A stretch of DNA of 63,382 bases, counting the filler, from Rhabdomonas costata (lineage: Eukaryota): the NCBI GenBank assembly GCA_019059605.1. It is 40 parts of 40 records of this genome, joined end to end, with 100 filler letters (N's around TTAATTAATTAA, not from the genome) between each part and the next. Parts side by side here need not be neighbours in the genome. Positions count along the whole stretch, not along the records: positions 11,111 to 12,598 come from JAHMHO010014699.1; positions 12,699 to 14,185 come from JAHMHO010014700.1; positions 14,286 to 15,771 come from JAHMHO010014701.1; positions 15,872 to 17,358 come from JAHMHO010014702.1; positions 17,459 to 18,945 come from JAHMHO010014703.1; positions 19,046 to 20,532 come from JAHMHO010014704.1; positions 20,633 to 22,119 come from JAHMHO010014705.1; positions 22,220 to 23,706 come from JAHMHO010014706.1; 32 more parts are not named here. One strand, 5' to 3'. A program made the translations under genes and the position numbers. The notes under the pieces were generated by a model. It saw only the letters and a program-made list of their open reading frames with translations. It searched no databases and was not told the origin of the DNA. Positions 12,199 through 25,393 of this stretch are shown here, piece by piece (within the stretch, counting starts at the first letter, position 1; the number at the start of each line of letters is the position of its first letter).

Positions 12199-14862
12199 CT
12201 GGTCGTCTCACAGGTGGGCAGGGGCTTTTCAAAGAATGCCTCCACTCACACCTCCGACATTAAAGTCAAAAAGAATTTCAGTTTCTCATTTCGGTTACTT
12301 ACCGTACAAAAGCGCAAAAAAATAATAAGCCGATTGAACACAACACCTGCACCATATAAAAAAGAAGTTTAGATTGAAGTCGAGTTCGAGTCTACAACAT
12401 TTCCAATGAGTCGCACAACTGAAAGGTTAGTACATCAGCAAAATGCAGACTCCTGGTGCACTCCCACAGCAGGAATGGAATATTAGCTTAGCCCTGCCCA
12501 TACGCATTTGCTTCGCTTTACTCCGAGTGTCACAGCAATGCAGCGGGGTGGCAGAGGATTGTTTTCTGCACAGTTTTTGAATTGCTCACACCACCCCCNN
12601 NNNNNNNNNNNNNNNNNNNNNNNNNNNNNNNNNNNNNNNNNNTTAATTAATTAANNNNNNNNNNNNNNNNNNNNNNNNNNNNNNNNNNNNNNNNNNNNGG
12701 GGGGTTTGTGGGTGACGGTAGTAGCTTCCAATGATTTGATCTTCTTTAAGGACAGAAATGGGGTGCTTCCTGCCTTCGTCGCACCCATTTGGGACCCCTA
12801 TCGCCTGTCGCCACGTCCGATGTTTTGTTGCCAGCATTTATTTTCGCTACAAAGGAACGGTTCTACGTTGAAGCCCTGGAGTGGCGCACAGGAGCTGAAC
12901 AGTTGTGTGACTCCCATCTGCCAGGATGGGGGCCACAATCCTGGAGGGCAGTCAACCAGCTGCACAGAAAAACCCGAGAGCGCCCAAAACGAGGAGAAAA
13001 TGAAAGGATATAAAATATGGGAGCCTATTGTGCCAGGCAACAACACACGTATCCTGCATACGGAAAGGCATCGGCAGATTTCGCAACGAAAAGTGGCTTC
13101 GCAATTTACTGACATAAAAGTAAATCGCTGTGACATGGTCCACACAAAAACACGGATTAACGAAGTTCCGGTTTTGATTTGCTGCACTTCAAATCCGGAG
13201 GCTAAAAACCTGCGCTGCTATAAAGGAAATGAACATACGCTTACGAAGTACAGCGGCAAAACCACAGGACAAAAGACTTTTTCTGAACGTCACGTATTAA
13301 ATCCTCGATTAAGGGTCTTGACGCGAACATCAACTCAAAAGACCAAAAAGATTTTACCGTTAGAAACATTGGCGCATTTCATACCAGGAAGCTTCCATCT
13401 GGGTTATTTTTGGATCCTGTTCAAGTGCATTCACCATTTCATTCGTCTGCTTTAACACTCCCACGCCATGCCACAACTTCGATGTGCAAGATCAATGAGG
13501 CTAAACTGGGGAAATATTTGGAGAACCTCCTCTACCCACTTGATGAAGTGTTGCTTTAGTGAAGGGGGGATACATATCGGACCTACACGAGCATCCAGGA
13601 ACTTGACCCAAAGAAAACCAAGAAAAACGCGGGACACGGACATCGCTCCGTCATGGATGGAGGGGGATCTCAAAAAACAGTTGAGGAGGCCCAAAGTCCT
13701 CCAACTATAGTTGAAACTTTAGTTGGAGGATGCCGAGGAAGAGGTTGGGGAATAGTGCCTGCTCTCGCAGACGAACGTTCTCGACCTCCAGTTCGCGCAG
13801 CCGCAGCTGCACCTTCAGGTAGTCCTCGCTGGAGGTCAGCCGCCGCAGCTCTGCGCTAAGCATCGAGATCTATGAAGGTCCATAAGAAACCTACCACTAA
13901 TGAAAGCGGAAGGAAGCGATGAATCTTCAGAGTAAAGACACGCTAAATCCCAAGATCCTAGGTTTCTTCCGTTTCATGCGAAATTTCGACAGCCGTGCTC
14001 ATCTGCAAAACCCCCAAACACCGCCGTTCTCTCTTTCTTTTACTTGCCCGGAGGTACACCATACTCTCATACCACAGTTTCCTCCTATTTTGAATCTGGA
14101 TGCGATGTGAAATGACGAAAAGTATGTCTCAGTAATTGTAATCGGCCGATGACTATCTCAAGGACACCTAAGCCAACCCCACACCNNNNNNNNNNNNNNN
14201 NNNNNNNNNNNNNNNNNNNNNNNNNNNNNTTAATTAATTAANNNNNNNNNNNNNNNNNNNNNNNNNNNNNNNNNNNNNNNNNNNNAAAGATAAAATTTTA
14301 CCCCGGATTGTCCATTCCTTCAAGACACGAAATTAAAGCACACCCCGAGGTGCAATGACGTCAATCACGCGATTCTAGGAAACTTCAGTTACCAATTGCT
14401 TCCAAGCGCGACTTCATCAGTCGGTTCCCGCAGGTGCCACGACCACAACGAGCTGGTGTGTTCAATACAAATACAAGAAAGCCCACAAAAAATGGACCAC
14501 TATGAATTCTTTTTTTTTTTGACAAAATATCGAACCCAACTTTGGGCATGGCATCTCCCTCCGGGTGGCTTTTTTTTTTCGTCTTTCGTTGTCGTCAGAG
14601 TTCAGCTAAAGGGTGCATAGAGTAGGGAAGTCGCCCGTAGAGCGTGAGCCTCCCACCAGTCCCACCAGTCTGCTTTTGAAGAGAGAAGGAACCCGTCGAA
14701 GACGGTCAATATCCACTCCACTCCGCTGCATCAATCGGCAACACAAGGGCGGACGTGTCCAACAAGCGATCGTAACCTTATGAACTCTAATTGCACAACT
14801 CTGACGTCAACACAACTTCGTACATGAAATTGAAATCGGAAGACTGGGAGGGAGAGGGAGAC

Positions 14863-14933
14863 CTCCATCGTGCCTCGGAGACAAGCGAAACGCAGCCGTG
14901 CCCCAGCGGACGAAGGATCTTCATCTCATCGAT
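14863..14933 (-). CDS. Possible protein-kinase subdomain I exon
   Basis: AG/GT-bounded 71-nt exon IDEMKILRPLGHGCVSLVSEARWR (GxG loop); the following VAxK exon was not found. Confidence 0.4.
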
Positions 14934-15890
14934 CTAAGGGTAGCACCACCGCGCGCAGCAGAAGAAAAAGAACAGGCAGCTGTTAAATAGGTTGCGGGTT
15001 TTCTCGCTTTCGAGTTTTTAAAGCAAAGTTTCTGTTTCTCACTCTGCGTCAATCTCAACATCACAATAAGAATAACAAGAAGAATAAGTAGATTCTGCAT
15101 CATCCCTTTCATTCGTGGGCGATCCGCTGCCGAAAAGAAAACAAAAGAAAAGAAAAGTGCCCAAGTGTTCGAGAATTCGAAACGAAGGTGCTGCCTAGGC
15201 AGTCAAAATGATTTGAGCTTTGAGATTTTTATTAGAGAACAGAGCTCCTACCCGGTACCGAGGAACGCCGCGCGCGCCATGGGGTGGAAGGAGAATTCGG
15301 TTCCGTGAATGATTCGCAATTGGGCGTTTAACTGCTCAATCAATCAATCAAAAGCTCCAACAAACACTTCAGTAAGGTCAAAGTTCACAGTGAAAAGAAA
15401 ACCCCTTCCGGCAACATATCACCGCAACTTTCACGCTCAAAAACTTGGCAGACCTCACGGCAACCGAGGAAAGGCCCGTTCACTTCCAGATCCACTGGTT
15501 TTGTGAGCGAGAGGGATAAATTTTTCACAGCAGATGGGCTTCGCCGTGATTCGCCTGATGGTGGGCGAACGAAAAAGAAAAGTGCACGAAAAAGCAATGT
15601 TTCAAGCTTGAATTTCAGAGCAGGAAATCAGATTACCTTTCTTGGCTCTTGTTTCTCACGAGATTAATTTTTAATAGTTTTTTCACACGGGGTCACCACT
15701 CCCCATTGGGCAACCCTCAGATGTCCACTTGAACCAGCGCCAGCCCACGCCTACGGAAACGAAGATGGTAANNNNNNNNNNNNNNNNNNNNNNNNNNNNN
15801 NNNNNNNNNNNNNNNTTAATTAATTAANNNNNNNNNNNNNNNNNNNNNNNNNNNNNNNNNNNNNNNNNNNNGTGGGGTGGGGTTCGAAGC

Positions 15891-15989
15891 CTGAAAGCCC
15901 CGGGCCAGCAGCTCCTTCACAATAAATGAGCCGATAAACCCCGAGGCGCCGGTCACCGCCACCACAGCCCTGTCCGGCACCACTGACAT
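15891..15989 (-). CDS. NAD(P)-dependent epimerase/dehydratase (extended SDR, CCR/DFR-like), first exon
   Basis: ATG at 15989: MSVVPDRAVVAVTGASGFIGSFIVKELLARGFQ, containing the TGxxGxxG Rossmann motif. Confidence 0.88.
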
Positions 15990-17621
15990 CGAGGAGCGTC
16001 CCCTTTCCGGTTTCCCTAGCTAGAAACCTTCCCTGTCCCCGCCTATCCCCGCCTCGACTGCCCGCCTCTGATTCCTCAGCACAAGCCGGAGGCAGAAAAG
16101 ATAATGAGACTGAGGCTGAGTGACAAAGAAACGGCGTGGAGCTGAGAGCATTCGCTGCAGTTCGGCGGATTTTCACCGTTACGTTCAGCTCAGATGCGGT
16201 ATCCCACCCTGGAATCGATACAAATGGGCGAGAGCTGCGCAATGCTTGCAGACTGCTTTCTTGCAGTATACGCCTTCAGCGTCCGATGCCCCACGTCCAC
16301 CGAACATTCCGACAGCTCTTAAGTAGGCTTCTGCTGAAGGTGACCTGGTTGTGTAGAATTCCGTCAATCCATCAAATCCGGACTCACTCATTTCGCAAAA
16401 ACGAAAAGGTTTTGGGGCCAATGATACCAATCTCCAAAAAGGTCTAAACAGGCACACGCCAGCACGCCGACACTGTCCCAGTCACGCAAACCGAAATTAA
16501 TAGGTACGGAAAGAAGGAAAGCCGAATGGATGCCTGCCCAAGTGATGCGTTGAGTCGTACTACGTTCCCTGTGTTGAAGTAGGAATGCCAACCAACTGCG
16601 AATACACCACGGACGTTCCATTTGTTTTGGGTACTTTCCCACAAGCCCCGGTGACAGCGAGCAGCGTAAAGTGTTCACCACGGGACCGCAGGCAGAAGGA
16701 GGGCCACTCTAGACTCCTACCCAGAGAAGCAGCTTCCAGCCCAGCGAGCTGGAAACGTTTCGCTGTTCTCCCCATGCTCCTCGGCCGCAGGGCCCCCGAA
16801 GTGTCGCAGCAACCACGCTGTGGAACCCGCGGGCAGAGCGGTGGTCCCACCCTCACTGGTCAGTGAAGGAGCAGCTGCAGAACGAGATACATCAGGTCAA
16901 AACCCAGAAACAGCCAGACAAAAAGGGAAAGTGATACGGCTTCCATTTGCTGTCGCATTTCATGGATGCTTGAGGCCTGGGGCGGGGGTGGGGAGTTTTC
17001 CCGTCAAGTGGGTATGTGGGTGGCGGTGACTTCACTATGGGAGGAGAGGGAAGGAGAGTGGTGTAGAGGAGAGAGAAGAGGAGAGCTCCCCTCCAACCAG
17101 GTCTGGGCGAAGGGCTCCCCTCGGGTAATCTCACAGCGCATCCACCACTCTGGGAGCTTCGGAGAGCCCACAACTGCGAGGAAGGGGTTGCCAAACACAT
17201 GCACCATAGCACACGTCGTGAACAGAGAAAAACTTCCAGCGTTGGGCACAAGGAGGCCAGAAGTGTAAACATGGTTTGCGGAGTTATACTAGGAGCAAAA
17301 GTTCAACAGATGCAGCGAATGGGGGTACAGTGAAAAGAACCCACCAAAAAAATCAAAANNNNNNNNNNNNNNNNNNNNNNNNNNNNNNNNNNNNNNNNNN
17401 NNTTAATTAATTAANNNNNNNNNNNNNNNNNNNNNNNNNNNNNNNNNNNNNNNNNNNNGTGGTTTTGGTTCTGAGGAGACAATTCCCACTCCCACTCCGG
17501 AGAGGAGGGGAGGAGGTTGACCTGCAAAGATTTTGGGGCTATTGCATTTTTTGTATTAGCGCCGTAGGCGATCAAAAATTATTTACCCTTAAGAAATTCT
17601 CATCAAACAAAGAGCGAGATA

Positions 17622-18525
17622 CCGGCCCGGGGTCATCGCGGCCCTCGCGGAGTTCACGCGGCACCTCCACGGGCACCGTGACCACCCGCTCCACGACGCG
17701 CTCCACGGGCACCTCCCACAACACCTCCACGGGCACCGTCTTCACCCGCTCCACCACTCGCTCCACTGGAACCTAGAGAGAGGTGCCCCACAGTAAAAAG
17801 TGTGCGAATCTGTGATGTTGTGTTTGTTTTGTGTGGGTGGGCGCTGTTGCGGACCACTGTAGAATGACGGGCAAACGCGCGGCTCGCCCCCAGGAACTTC
17901 TCTGGAGCGAACGGTGCTGTGGGGTGCCGGTCACCGTCGCGGGTTCCACAAGCGGTCCCCTCCCTTCCCTTGCCTCACGAATCCCGGGCCATTGTCGCGC
18001 AGCTATTATTTTTCACAGACTGCCCGCGCTGCTCTGCATTGGCTATTATATGACTGGTTGCAAATTGACTGACGGGGGCTCTCGGGAGGTATATGGCCAA
18101 TATCTTCGAAGTGAAGGGTGCCGTGGGGCACAGGCTCACCGCTGAACGTTCCACATATGGTAACCTTCCTTCTGCCCCACGGGCCCCGGGCCTTTGTCGC
18201 TGCTCTCTTGCTGCTCAGGTCTCCGAGGCTTCGCAGTCCATCTACGGGTAGCTGGGGCCAAGACTTCCTAACTGCCTGATGTGCATATGTATGTTTGACC
18301 ACATAGCGCTGGGAGAAGTCAAGGGGCCGTGCCACTTGCCTTCTGAGCTTGTGCGTTGAGTCAATGGAAAAGAGAAGAGGGAAGGAGCGGAGGGGAGGGG
18401 ATGAATAAGGGGGTACTCACCTCAATCTGCTGCACCTCAGGGACACGCACCACTCTCTCCACGATCTTCTCCACAGGGACCTCCACAGTGCGCTCCACAG
18501 ACACCGTCACCAGCTTCTCCACAAT
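17622..18525 (-). CDS. Articulin-like (VPV-repeat) membrane-skeleton protein, partial; exons 18525-18421 and 17772-~17622
   Basis: IVEKLVTVSVERTVEVPVEKIVERVVRVPEVQQIE|VPVERVVERVKTVPVEVLWEVPVERVVERVVTVPVEVP; GTGAGT donor, phase 0. Confidence 0.85.
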
Positions 18526-19053
18526 CTACACCAAACCCACAGATACAACGGCCAGGTCCATTACGCCTAATGGACATCCGGTCTGCGACGGAGCAAGCGC
18601 CCATCAGGCCTCATGCCCCGAAAGGTCTATATGCACGCGCACAAGCTTGCACACACATGCATCCACAAGGTACAAGTTCGTTTGGAGTTATCTTCCAGAG
18701 CTTCGTGATCGCTGCTTTGGGGAACAATCACCTTCCTCATCTGGTGGGCGGGGGTCCTCAAGAGCCCTCACTGGTGCAGTAGAACCGCGGTTTGATGGGC
18801 GCCCAACCTTTTTTGCGCTAGCCCAGCGCAGCTCCTCGAGGATGGCTCTCACACATATGCACACACTACGGGCAAAAGCATTGCTTTGGTAGAGGTTTTC
18901 AGCCTTCAAAATTTCAATCTTCAATTCACTCCCACACATGCATACNNNNNNNNNNNNNNNNNNNNNNNNNNNNNNNNNNNNNNNNNNNNTTAATTAATTA
19001 ANNNNNNNNNNNNNNNNNNNNNNNNNNNNNNNNNNNNNNNNNNNNGGGTTTGG

Positions 19054-19158
19054 GGAATTCCCACTGTCATCATTCTGGATGGGAAGGGCGAAACTCTTGC
19101 AATGGACGGGCGTGGCAAGATTCAGGCCCAAGGTGCTGCCGGGTACCCGTGGCACTGA
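19054..19158 (+). CDS. Nucleoredoxin/tryparedoxin-like thioredoxin-fold protein, C-terminus
   Basis: GIPTVIILDGKGETLAMDGRGKIQAQGAAGYPWH* has the GIP cis-Pro loop, DGR and terminal (F/Y)PW motifs. Confidence 0.85.
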   Translation, partial: GIPTVIILDGKGETLAMDGRGKIQAQGAAGYPWH

Positions 19159-19803
19159 TGCCGGAGGCAGTGGACTTCTGAGCGATACCTTCACATGTTC
19201 ATGTTCATGTTGTTAATTTTGACATGCACCTTCGGTGGTGAAATGAATGTTTCGTTGACATCGTGTTGCAACAACGTTGTTGTTCCTGTTCCCTCTTTTG
19301 AGCAGAAGTGTCACAACAGCTGGTTTGTTGGGTGTAAAACAATTAGTTTGCCATGCAACCGAATGTTTGCGCAGAGCAGCTGTGGCACTGCAGATTCATT
19401 GCCGTTACAGAACATGGGAACTTTAGCAGGGTGCGAGCCCGGGAAAAGTGACACACACACTGTCATTGTTGACAAGAGTAACCCGTTTGGGCACATTGAT
19501 CTCCCCGCTTTGGAGCCAGCTGCGAGACGGTAGAACATGCTGGACCAGATGACATCATCCCCCTGGTCAACATCGTGAAAGGATGCCAAACCATCCACAC
19601 AAATCAGTGTGTTGGGAGATACGGATCGACTTCGGTGCCTGACAGAAAATCGTACAGTGTTCTCCCCTCACACAGCTTAGTGTGTGTTGGGAGAGGAAAC
19701 TGCAGTCTCATTCCGGGCGTCGCAGATTTTTTTGTTTGGATCCGCTCTTCTTCCATTTTTACGTGTGCAACCCCTGAACCTCACGCCGGGAAGCTTTCCG
19801 AAA

Positions 19804-20496
19804 ATGGCTTCCTGTGTCCGCCTTCTGGTGGTTCTGTTGTGCTGTGTGGCGGTGTCTGGGTACTACCTCCCTGGGGTCACTCCTGTTGAGTTCCCGGTGG
19901 GTGCCCCTGTGAGGATCAAAGTGAACAGCATCACCTCGACCAAGACGGCAATCCCGTACGACTACTACAGCTTGCCTGTTTGCATGCCCTGGGCGAGGAT
20001 CCCCAAGCCACAAGTGGAGAACTTCGGCGAGATTCTCTGGGGAGATGAGATCAAGCCGGTACAGACATCCTTTCATCTGAGAAGAGCTTTGGGAAGAATG
20101 TTTCCTTCATGTGGACTGGTTTTGGTACTTCTGCTGTCAAAACGCACGCGCAGGTGTAGTGCGATGACCTTTTTTTGCAGTCTCCGTACACCGCCTACAT
20201 GGGGGTGAACATCACTTGCCGCCGGCTTTGCACCCGCAACATCACGGAGAAGGAGATGAAGAAGTTGGCCAACCGTATTGACCTGTTCTACCGCGGCCAC
20301 CTGATTGTCGACAACCTCCCTGCCACAGAGATCTTCAACCAAAAGGTCCGGGGGTTCCGTACGTTCATGCTGGGGTACCCCCTTGGCGTCCGGAAGCAGA
20401 AGCAGTCCGGGTTTCTCCCCGAGGTTCCAAAGCCCCTCATCAACAACCACCTCGCCCTCACCATCAAGTACCACAAGCCCTCCGACTTCAGAACTG
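19804..20496 (+). CDS. TM9SF/EMP70 nonaspanin, N-terminal part; exons 19804-20058 and 20181-20496
   Basis: Signal peptide followed by YYLPGVTP, VNSITSTKT, PYDYYSLPVC, ENFGEILWGDEIKP|SPY and YRGHLIVDNLP; GT-AG phase 0. Confidence 0.95.
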
Positions 20497-20785
20497 GTTA
20501 ATGGGGGTTAAGCAAAAACTCGACCCCCCCCCNNNNNNNNNNNNNNNNNNNNNNNNNNNNNNNNNNNNNNNNNNNNTTAATTAATTAANNNNNNNNNNNN
20601 NNNNNNNNNNNNNNNNNNNNNNNNNNNNNNNNGGGGGGTGTGACGACCTAGGAAGGGAAAGCACGACTCTGACAATGATGTTCAATCTCTGTGGAAGCGG
20701 AGTTTTATGTCAGTGATTTTCTTAGCCCGGGGGCTGGATGCACGCGTTGGTGAGATCTCGCTTCCATACCTGATTGCGTGCTCAG

Positions 20786-21710
20786 CATGCTCGGCAAGGA
20801 AGGCCAGCCGGGCATCATCCCGCTGATCTGCGACGCTATCTTCAAGGACATTGAAGAGCAGAAGAAGAAGGGCCCGCCTCGGCCGGGGGCCACCATAGAC
20901 CACAAGGTGGACATCCAGGTGTGCCTTTCTATCCCTCAAGGGCGAAACCCTCCGCCAACTGGCTTGTATTCAGAGTTTAGGTTCCAGTATAATGCAGGCA
21001 GCACCAATGCCAAGCGAGAGAGAGGAGGTGGGGGGGCGGGAAATACAGAAGAAACTTTTGTTTGCCTTTGTGTCCATGTCGTGCAGCAATCGTGCAAACA
21101 TTCCCTGCCCTGCAGCAGTGTTCTGATGCCCCCCAAAAAAACAAAAAAGCCTCCGAAGAATTAAGAAATCAGGGACGGAATACCATTCACAGGGCAGAAA
21201 GCGGGTGTGATATCAGTAACGAAGGGGCCATCTTTCTGGAGGGTCTACACATAAGAACAACCCGTGAAGAGGGAAAGCGGTGGACATAGATAACAGTAAC
21301 GCGAAGTGGCGGCTCCTTGAGGAAGACTGAGAAATGGAACACCGCATAAGGATTCTCCGCATTGCTCTGGGTCCATCTCGTTGCGGCGGAATAAGGCACC
21401 AGCACATCCTGGATGCAGGAACGCGGAGATTGGAGGTCACCTGCCGCTGCGCATGTCAGCCCTGGCTGATTGAGTTCTGTTGTTGCTTCCCACCTTTTTC
21501 AGCTGATATGGATCACGAGCACACTCGGGGCGGGGTTCCTTTAGGTTGTGGAGATCTACTGTGAGATGGTTCGGGACCTTCTGGTGGACCGAAAGACTTG
21601 GCCCCCAGGGGGGCTAGAGATCAAGCAGCTTCCCACTGGAATCGGGGTGAAGGCCCTGCGGCGACCCTGTACGAAGTACGCTCATATCGCCGAGGCCATC
21701 AAGACCGCCG
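20786..21710 (+). CDS. Kinesin motor domain, partial; exons 20786-20918 and 21545-21710
   Basis: MLGKEGQPGIIPLICDAIF...KVDIQ|VVEIYCEMVRDLL contains the kinesin GIIP and EIYxExVRDLL motifs. Confidence 0.92.
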
Positions 21711-22219
21711 GTACATGTCTGTGTGTCTTTCAATGCGTCATTGCTTACTACGCGCAAGGCAGCGCGACGATATTCGAAAACCCACTGGAGGCAGAAGTGT
21801 TTAAGTGTGTGTTAGTGGCGCGTGTGCGTGCGTGTTATCAAATCCTAGCTTCCTTGAATTTAGACGTAGGTTGACTCCGTGATCGTGCTGGGCGGAGGTT
21901 CTTCAATGGTACACTAAACCCACGTTCTGGGGATTTCCAACCCTCTGTGCTCGACCATTTTTGTGACAGCTCAGCTCCACACACACTCACACAAAGTGAG
22001 CTGTCTCTTGCCCACGCTCCTCAACACATAACCTACCGTCTCTGAAAGCACGCTCAAGCTGGATGCATCAGAAAGAAAAAGGCGTGACAGGCCAATCCGA
22101 AGAAAAAATCCAACAAAAANNNNNNNNNNNNNNNNNNNNNNNNNNNNNNNNNNNNNNNNNNNNTTAATTAATTAANNNNNNNNNNNNNNNNNNNNNNNNN
22201 NNNNNNNNNNNNNNNNNNN

Positions 22220-23206
22220 GTTGGGGCGGAGGGCTGGGTGAAGTACCGCGCGGCGCGAACCCGAAAGGCGTAGTCGGAGATCGGGCGCTCGAGCCGAAGC
22301 CGGGCAACAGGCCGCTCCTGCAGCACCACCACGCAGTGTGAGGACCCACCCACCACAAGCTAAATTCGCAACAGAAACGGAATTGCAGCGAACTGGTAGA
22401 ACGAATGGAAGGGGATATAGAGGTGAAGAAAGGTGCTCCTGAAGAGGGGAGCATCACATCTTCCCGTGAGTTGGCACACATTGCGAGCTCGAGGCAAATG
22501 CAGTCGAAAAGTCTTTCTGTATTCAGCAGGATTTTAATCTTTCTCTTAGTTCCTGGCCGCTTCTGCAGGGTGGCAGACAAACCTGTACCGCAGCCACCTG
22601 CCACTCCAGGTCAGCCGGTTCCACATCGGCAGCTTCTGGGAAAAGCTGCAGAAAAAGAGAGTCAGAAGCAAACCAGTTATACGTTAACTATCTTTTCACT
22701 TATCAAACCCCAACGTATCCCTTTCATCATCCTTTCATCTCATTGATTTCTGCAGTCAAAAACCGCAGCTGTGCTATAGCCCTGAGATTCCGTCAAACTT
22801 CATCCGCGTTCCTGTGCTCGCATTCTTACGCCAACTGGGTTTGTCCAGAAGCAGCAACTCGCGCTTCGCCGGGGCATGGGTCTTGGGGAACTTTTTGGAG
22901 CCTTATGTGTTGCCAATTTCAAAAGACATCATGAGACGTCCCTGCCTCTCGGACCACCTGGAAGCACCTGTCACGCACCTTGAACTCCACGCAGTACAGG
23001 AACTCCAGGGGCACGGCATTGGGGGGTACCACGCGACCCGGGTCAGAGCCTAGCACCATGGACCACGTAAACGCCGCCAGCCCGGCGCGGCACTCCACCA
23101 GCTCCCCCGGAATAGGAGCGTATGGGAGGGTGTGCAGGGTGCACAGGTGGGTCCAACCGGAGCCCAGGCTGCGGCTGGGGTGCTCCCGAAGGTACACTGA
23201 GTACTC
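22220..23206 (-). CDS. Fibronectin type III repeat protein, partial; exons 23206-22979, 22645-22589, ~22359-contig end
   Basis: EYSVYLRE...GSGWTHLCTLHTLPYAP...AFTWS...YCVEFK|...EWQVAA|...DYAFRVRAA is the FN3 W..Y..W..YxFRVRA pattern; three phase-0 GT-AG exons. Confidence 0.7.
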
Positions 23207-25393
23207 CTACCGTCCAACCACGCCACTCATCGCATCACATGGGAGTCTTGGTCATGGGAGTCCCACGTAACCTCTCTTTTTTTAGTGGGAAGTTAAAAGA
23301 CTGCCTTTGAATACCTGTGTGTCGCTTGGGGAGCACAAAAACTCGTGCTGACCCATCGTTTACAAATAACGTTTCCATTTGGTGGGATTTTCTTTCATCG
23401 AGCATGATTTCCTGACAACGAGGCCGAGACAGGAGCCTTCGGGTTCATCCCATGTGACATTCTGAGAGTGGAGAACTGACGCGAACTGAATCCGATGCGC
23501 TGCGAATACTACCTCCCGGAACTGGAGGAGGGCGTTTTAGGTCGCAAAAGTCACCTCATATATGGAGATCTTTGGTCATACTGCTGGCTCAGACGACGCT
23601 ACTGACGCGAGGATGACGGGCGACTACCAATGGGCGGCAAATGGCCTCGAGTGTCATAAAAGGGCAGACTGTCGCCCACAATCTTTCGCAGTTTACACCA
23701 CCCCCCNNNNNNNNNNNNNNNNNNNNNNNNNNNNNNNNNNNNNNNNNNNNTTAATTAATTAANNNNNNNNNNNNNNNNNNNNNNNNNNNNNNNNNNNNNN
23801 NNNNNNACGAGACAAGTGGAGGAATTCCTGGTGTCACCCTGAACACACCTTCATATCAGAGATATGGACCAAACATCCTCACCTGCAAATCGCGAATTCA
23901 TTGCCCAGCGCTGTACCTACTCATGCGCTCCTTCGGTTTCATCAATTCATTCTCTCTAATTCCATCTCTTCCCTTTTAGATCGCGGCAATGCGTCCCTAT
24001 CCCTTCCCCCTCCCCCCTTTCCCGATGCTTTTGAGCTTACTTTCAGAGCGCTCTCTCCGTGCATGCGTGCAGTCTTTCTCATTTCCCTGTCCTGATTCTC
24101 TAGCTTTATCGTACTCTCGTGGCTATCCGTCCGTCCGTCACGTATTTCTGTTTTTTTATTCTTTCAAGAAGGCTGGTCCCATGAACAGGGAAGAAGCTGA
24201 AATGATAACCGAAAGCCGCCTTCTTTTCTTCCCAGATATCGTTCTTTGGCTTTGACTTGGGACGCCTCCTTACCCCCCGCCTGCACCTGTGCCACCACTG
24301 CCCATCCCACACACCGCTCCCGTCTGTGTTTTGCTTGCTTCGTTCTTTCTTCACGCGTGTGCCGTGTCTTCCACGGTGCGCTAGAGAGGCGACTGACATT
24401 CACCTCCCTTCGTTCACCTTGTTCACCTCCCTCCGTCCTCCGTCTCTCCATGAGCTCTTTCCATTGCGTTTGTTGTTTGTAATTGCGTTTTTTATGCATC
24501 CAGAGGTGCTCCCCTTTCCCCACGCCACCCGCAACCTGCGCTTTTATATTCCTGACCCTTCTCCGCCCTTTTATATACTTCAAAGGCGTGGTCCCGATCA
24601 AAGGTCCTGGTTTTTCTTCCTTTTCGGCTCTGCACCGAGTAAGGGGTGCCAGATGCAACTGCAGCTTGGAGAAAGGCCACAGGCGTACGCTTCCTAACGG
24701 CTCTCCAGAGCTCTGATTTGGGCTGCCGCTTGGCTGCATTGCTTTAGGTGGGTAAACGAGGTTATCTCAGCCGGCGTGGTTTCACAGGCACTCAAGAGTC
24801 CAAAAGTTCTTCTATCGGCTCTGCGGCAGTAGCACACGTGGGATCGCGATACATTGCAATGCATTGGCGTGATCATGGCTCAGCGCTCAGGGCTTAGGAC
24901 CAAACAATTTTGCGTGTGTTACTGATTGAAGTGCGTGCTCCTCAACGAAGCCCTCAAGGCTTCCGCTTTCTGACCTGCCCGTTGACCCACTTCGCCGCGA
25001 TTCTCCCAGCGCGAGCCACGGCAATGTAACCCACGGTTAAGTTTCATGCTAGTAGGTCTGGTATCACCGCACCCTGCCCTCCAACTCCAGCTCAGTATTT
25101 CATGCATTGGCTTTCCCAGAATAGGATGCCAGCAAGCAAGCAAGGGGTGTGTCTCATGTTGTGCCACGCGGTTGTGATCCCGCGTGCTTTGCACCCGTGG
25201 TGAGTTCTGTGTCTCACTTCCGCACGTCTGCAGTTCGCCGCGCTGGAACTATTCTCCTCCTCGGGTGCAAAGCACGCGGGATCACAACCCACANNNNNNN
25301 NNNNNNNNNNNNNNNNNNNNNNNNNNNNNNNNNNNNNTTAATTAATTAANNNNNNNNNNNNNNNNNNNNNNNNNNNNNNNNNNNNNNNNNNNN

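Noticed and set aside
12706-13860. 249-aa ORF or possible decayed LINE fragment
   Set aside because: No diagnostic RT or endonuclease motif is visible; it cannot be classified by eye.
19804-21710. Gene-cluster interpretation of adjacent contigs (e.g. TM9SF-kinesin, gypsy-sensor-gypsy, ARH-chitin synthase)
   Set aside because: The neighbours are separated by artificial spacers and appear grouped by contig length, so adjacency carries no information.
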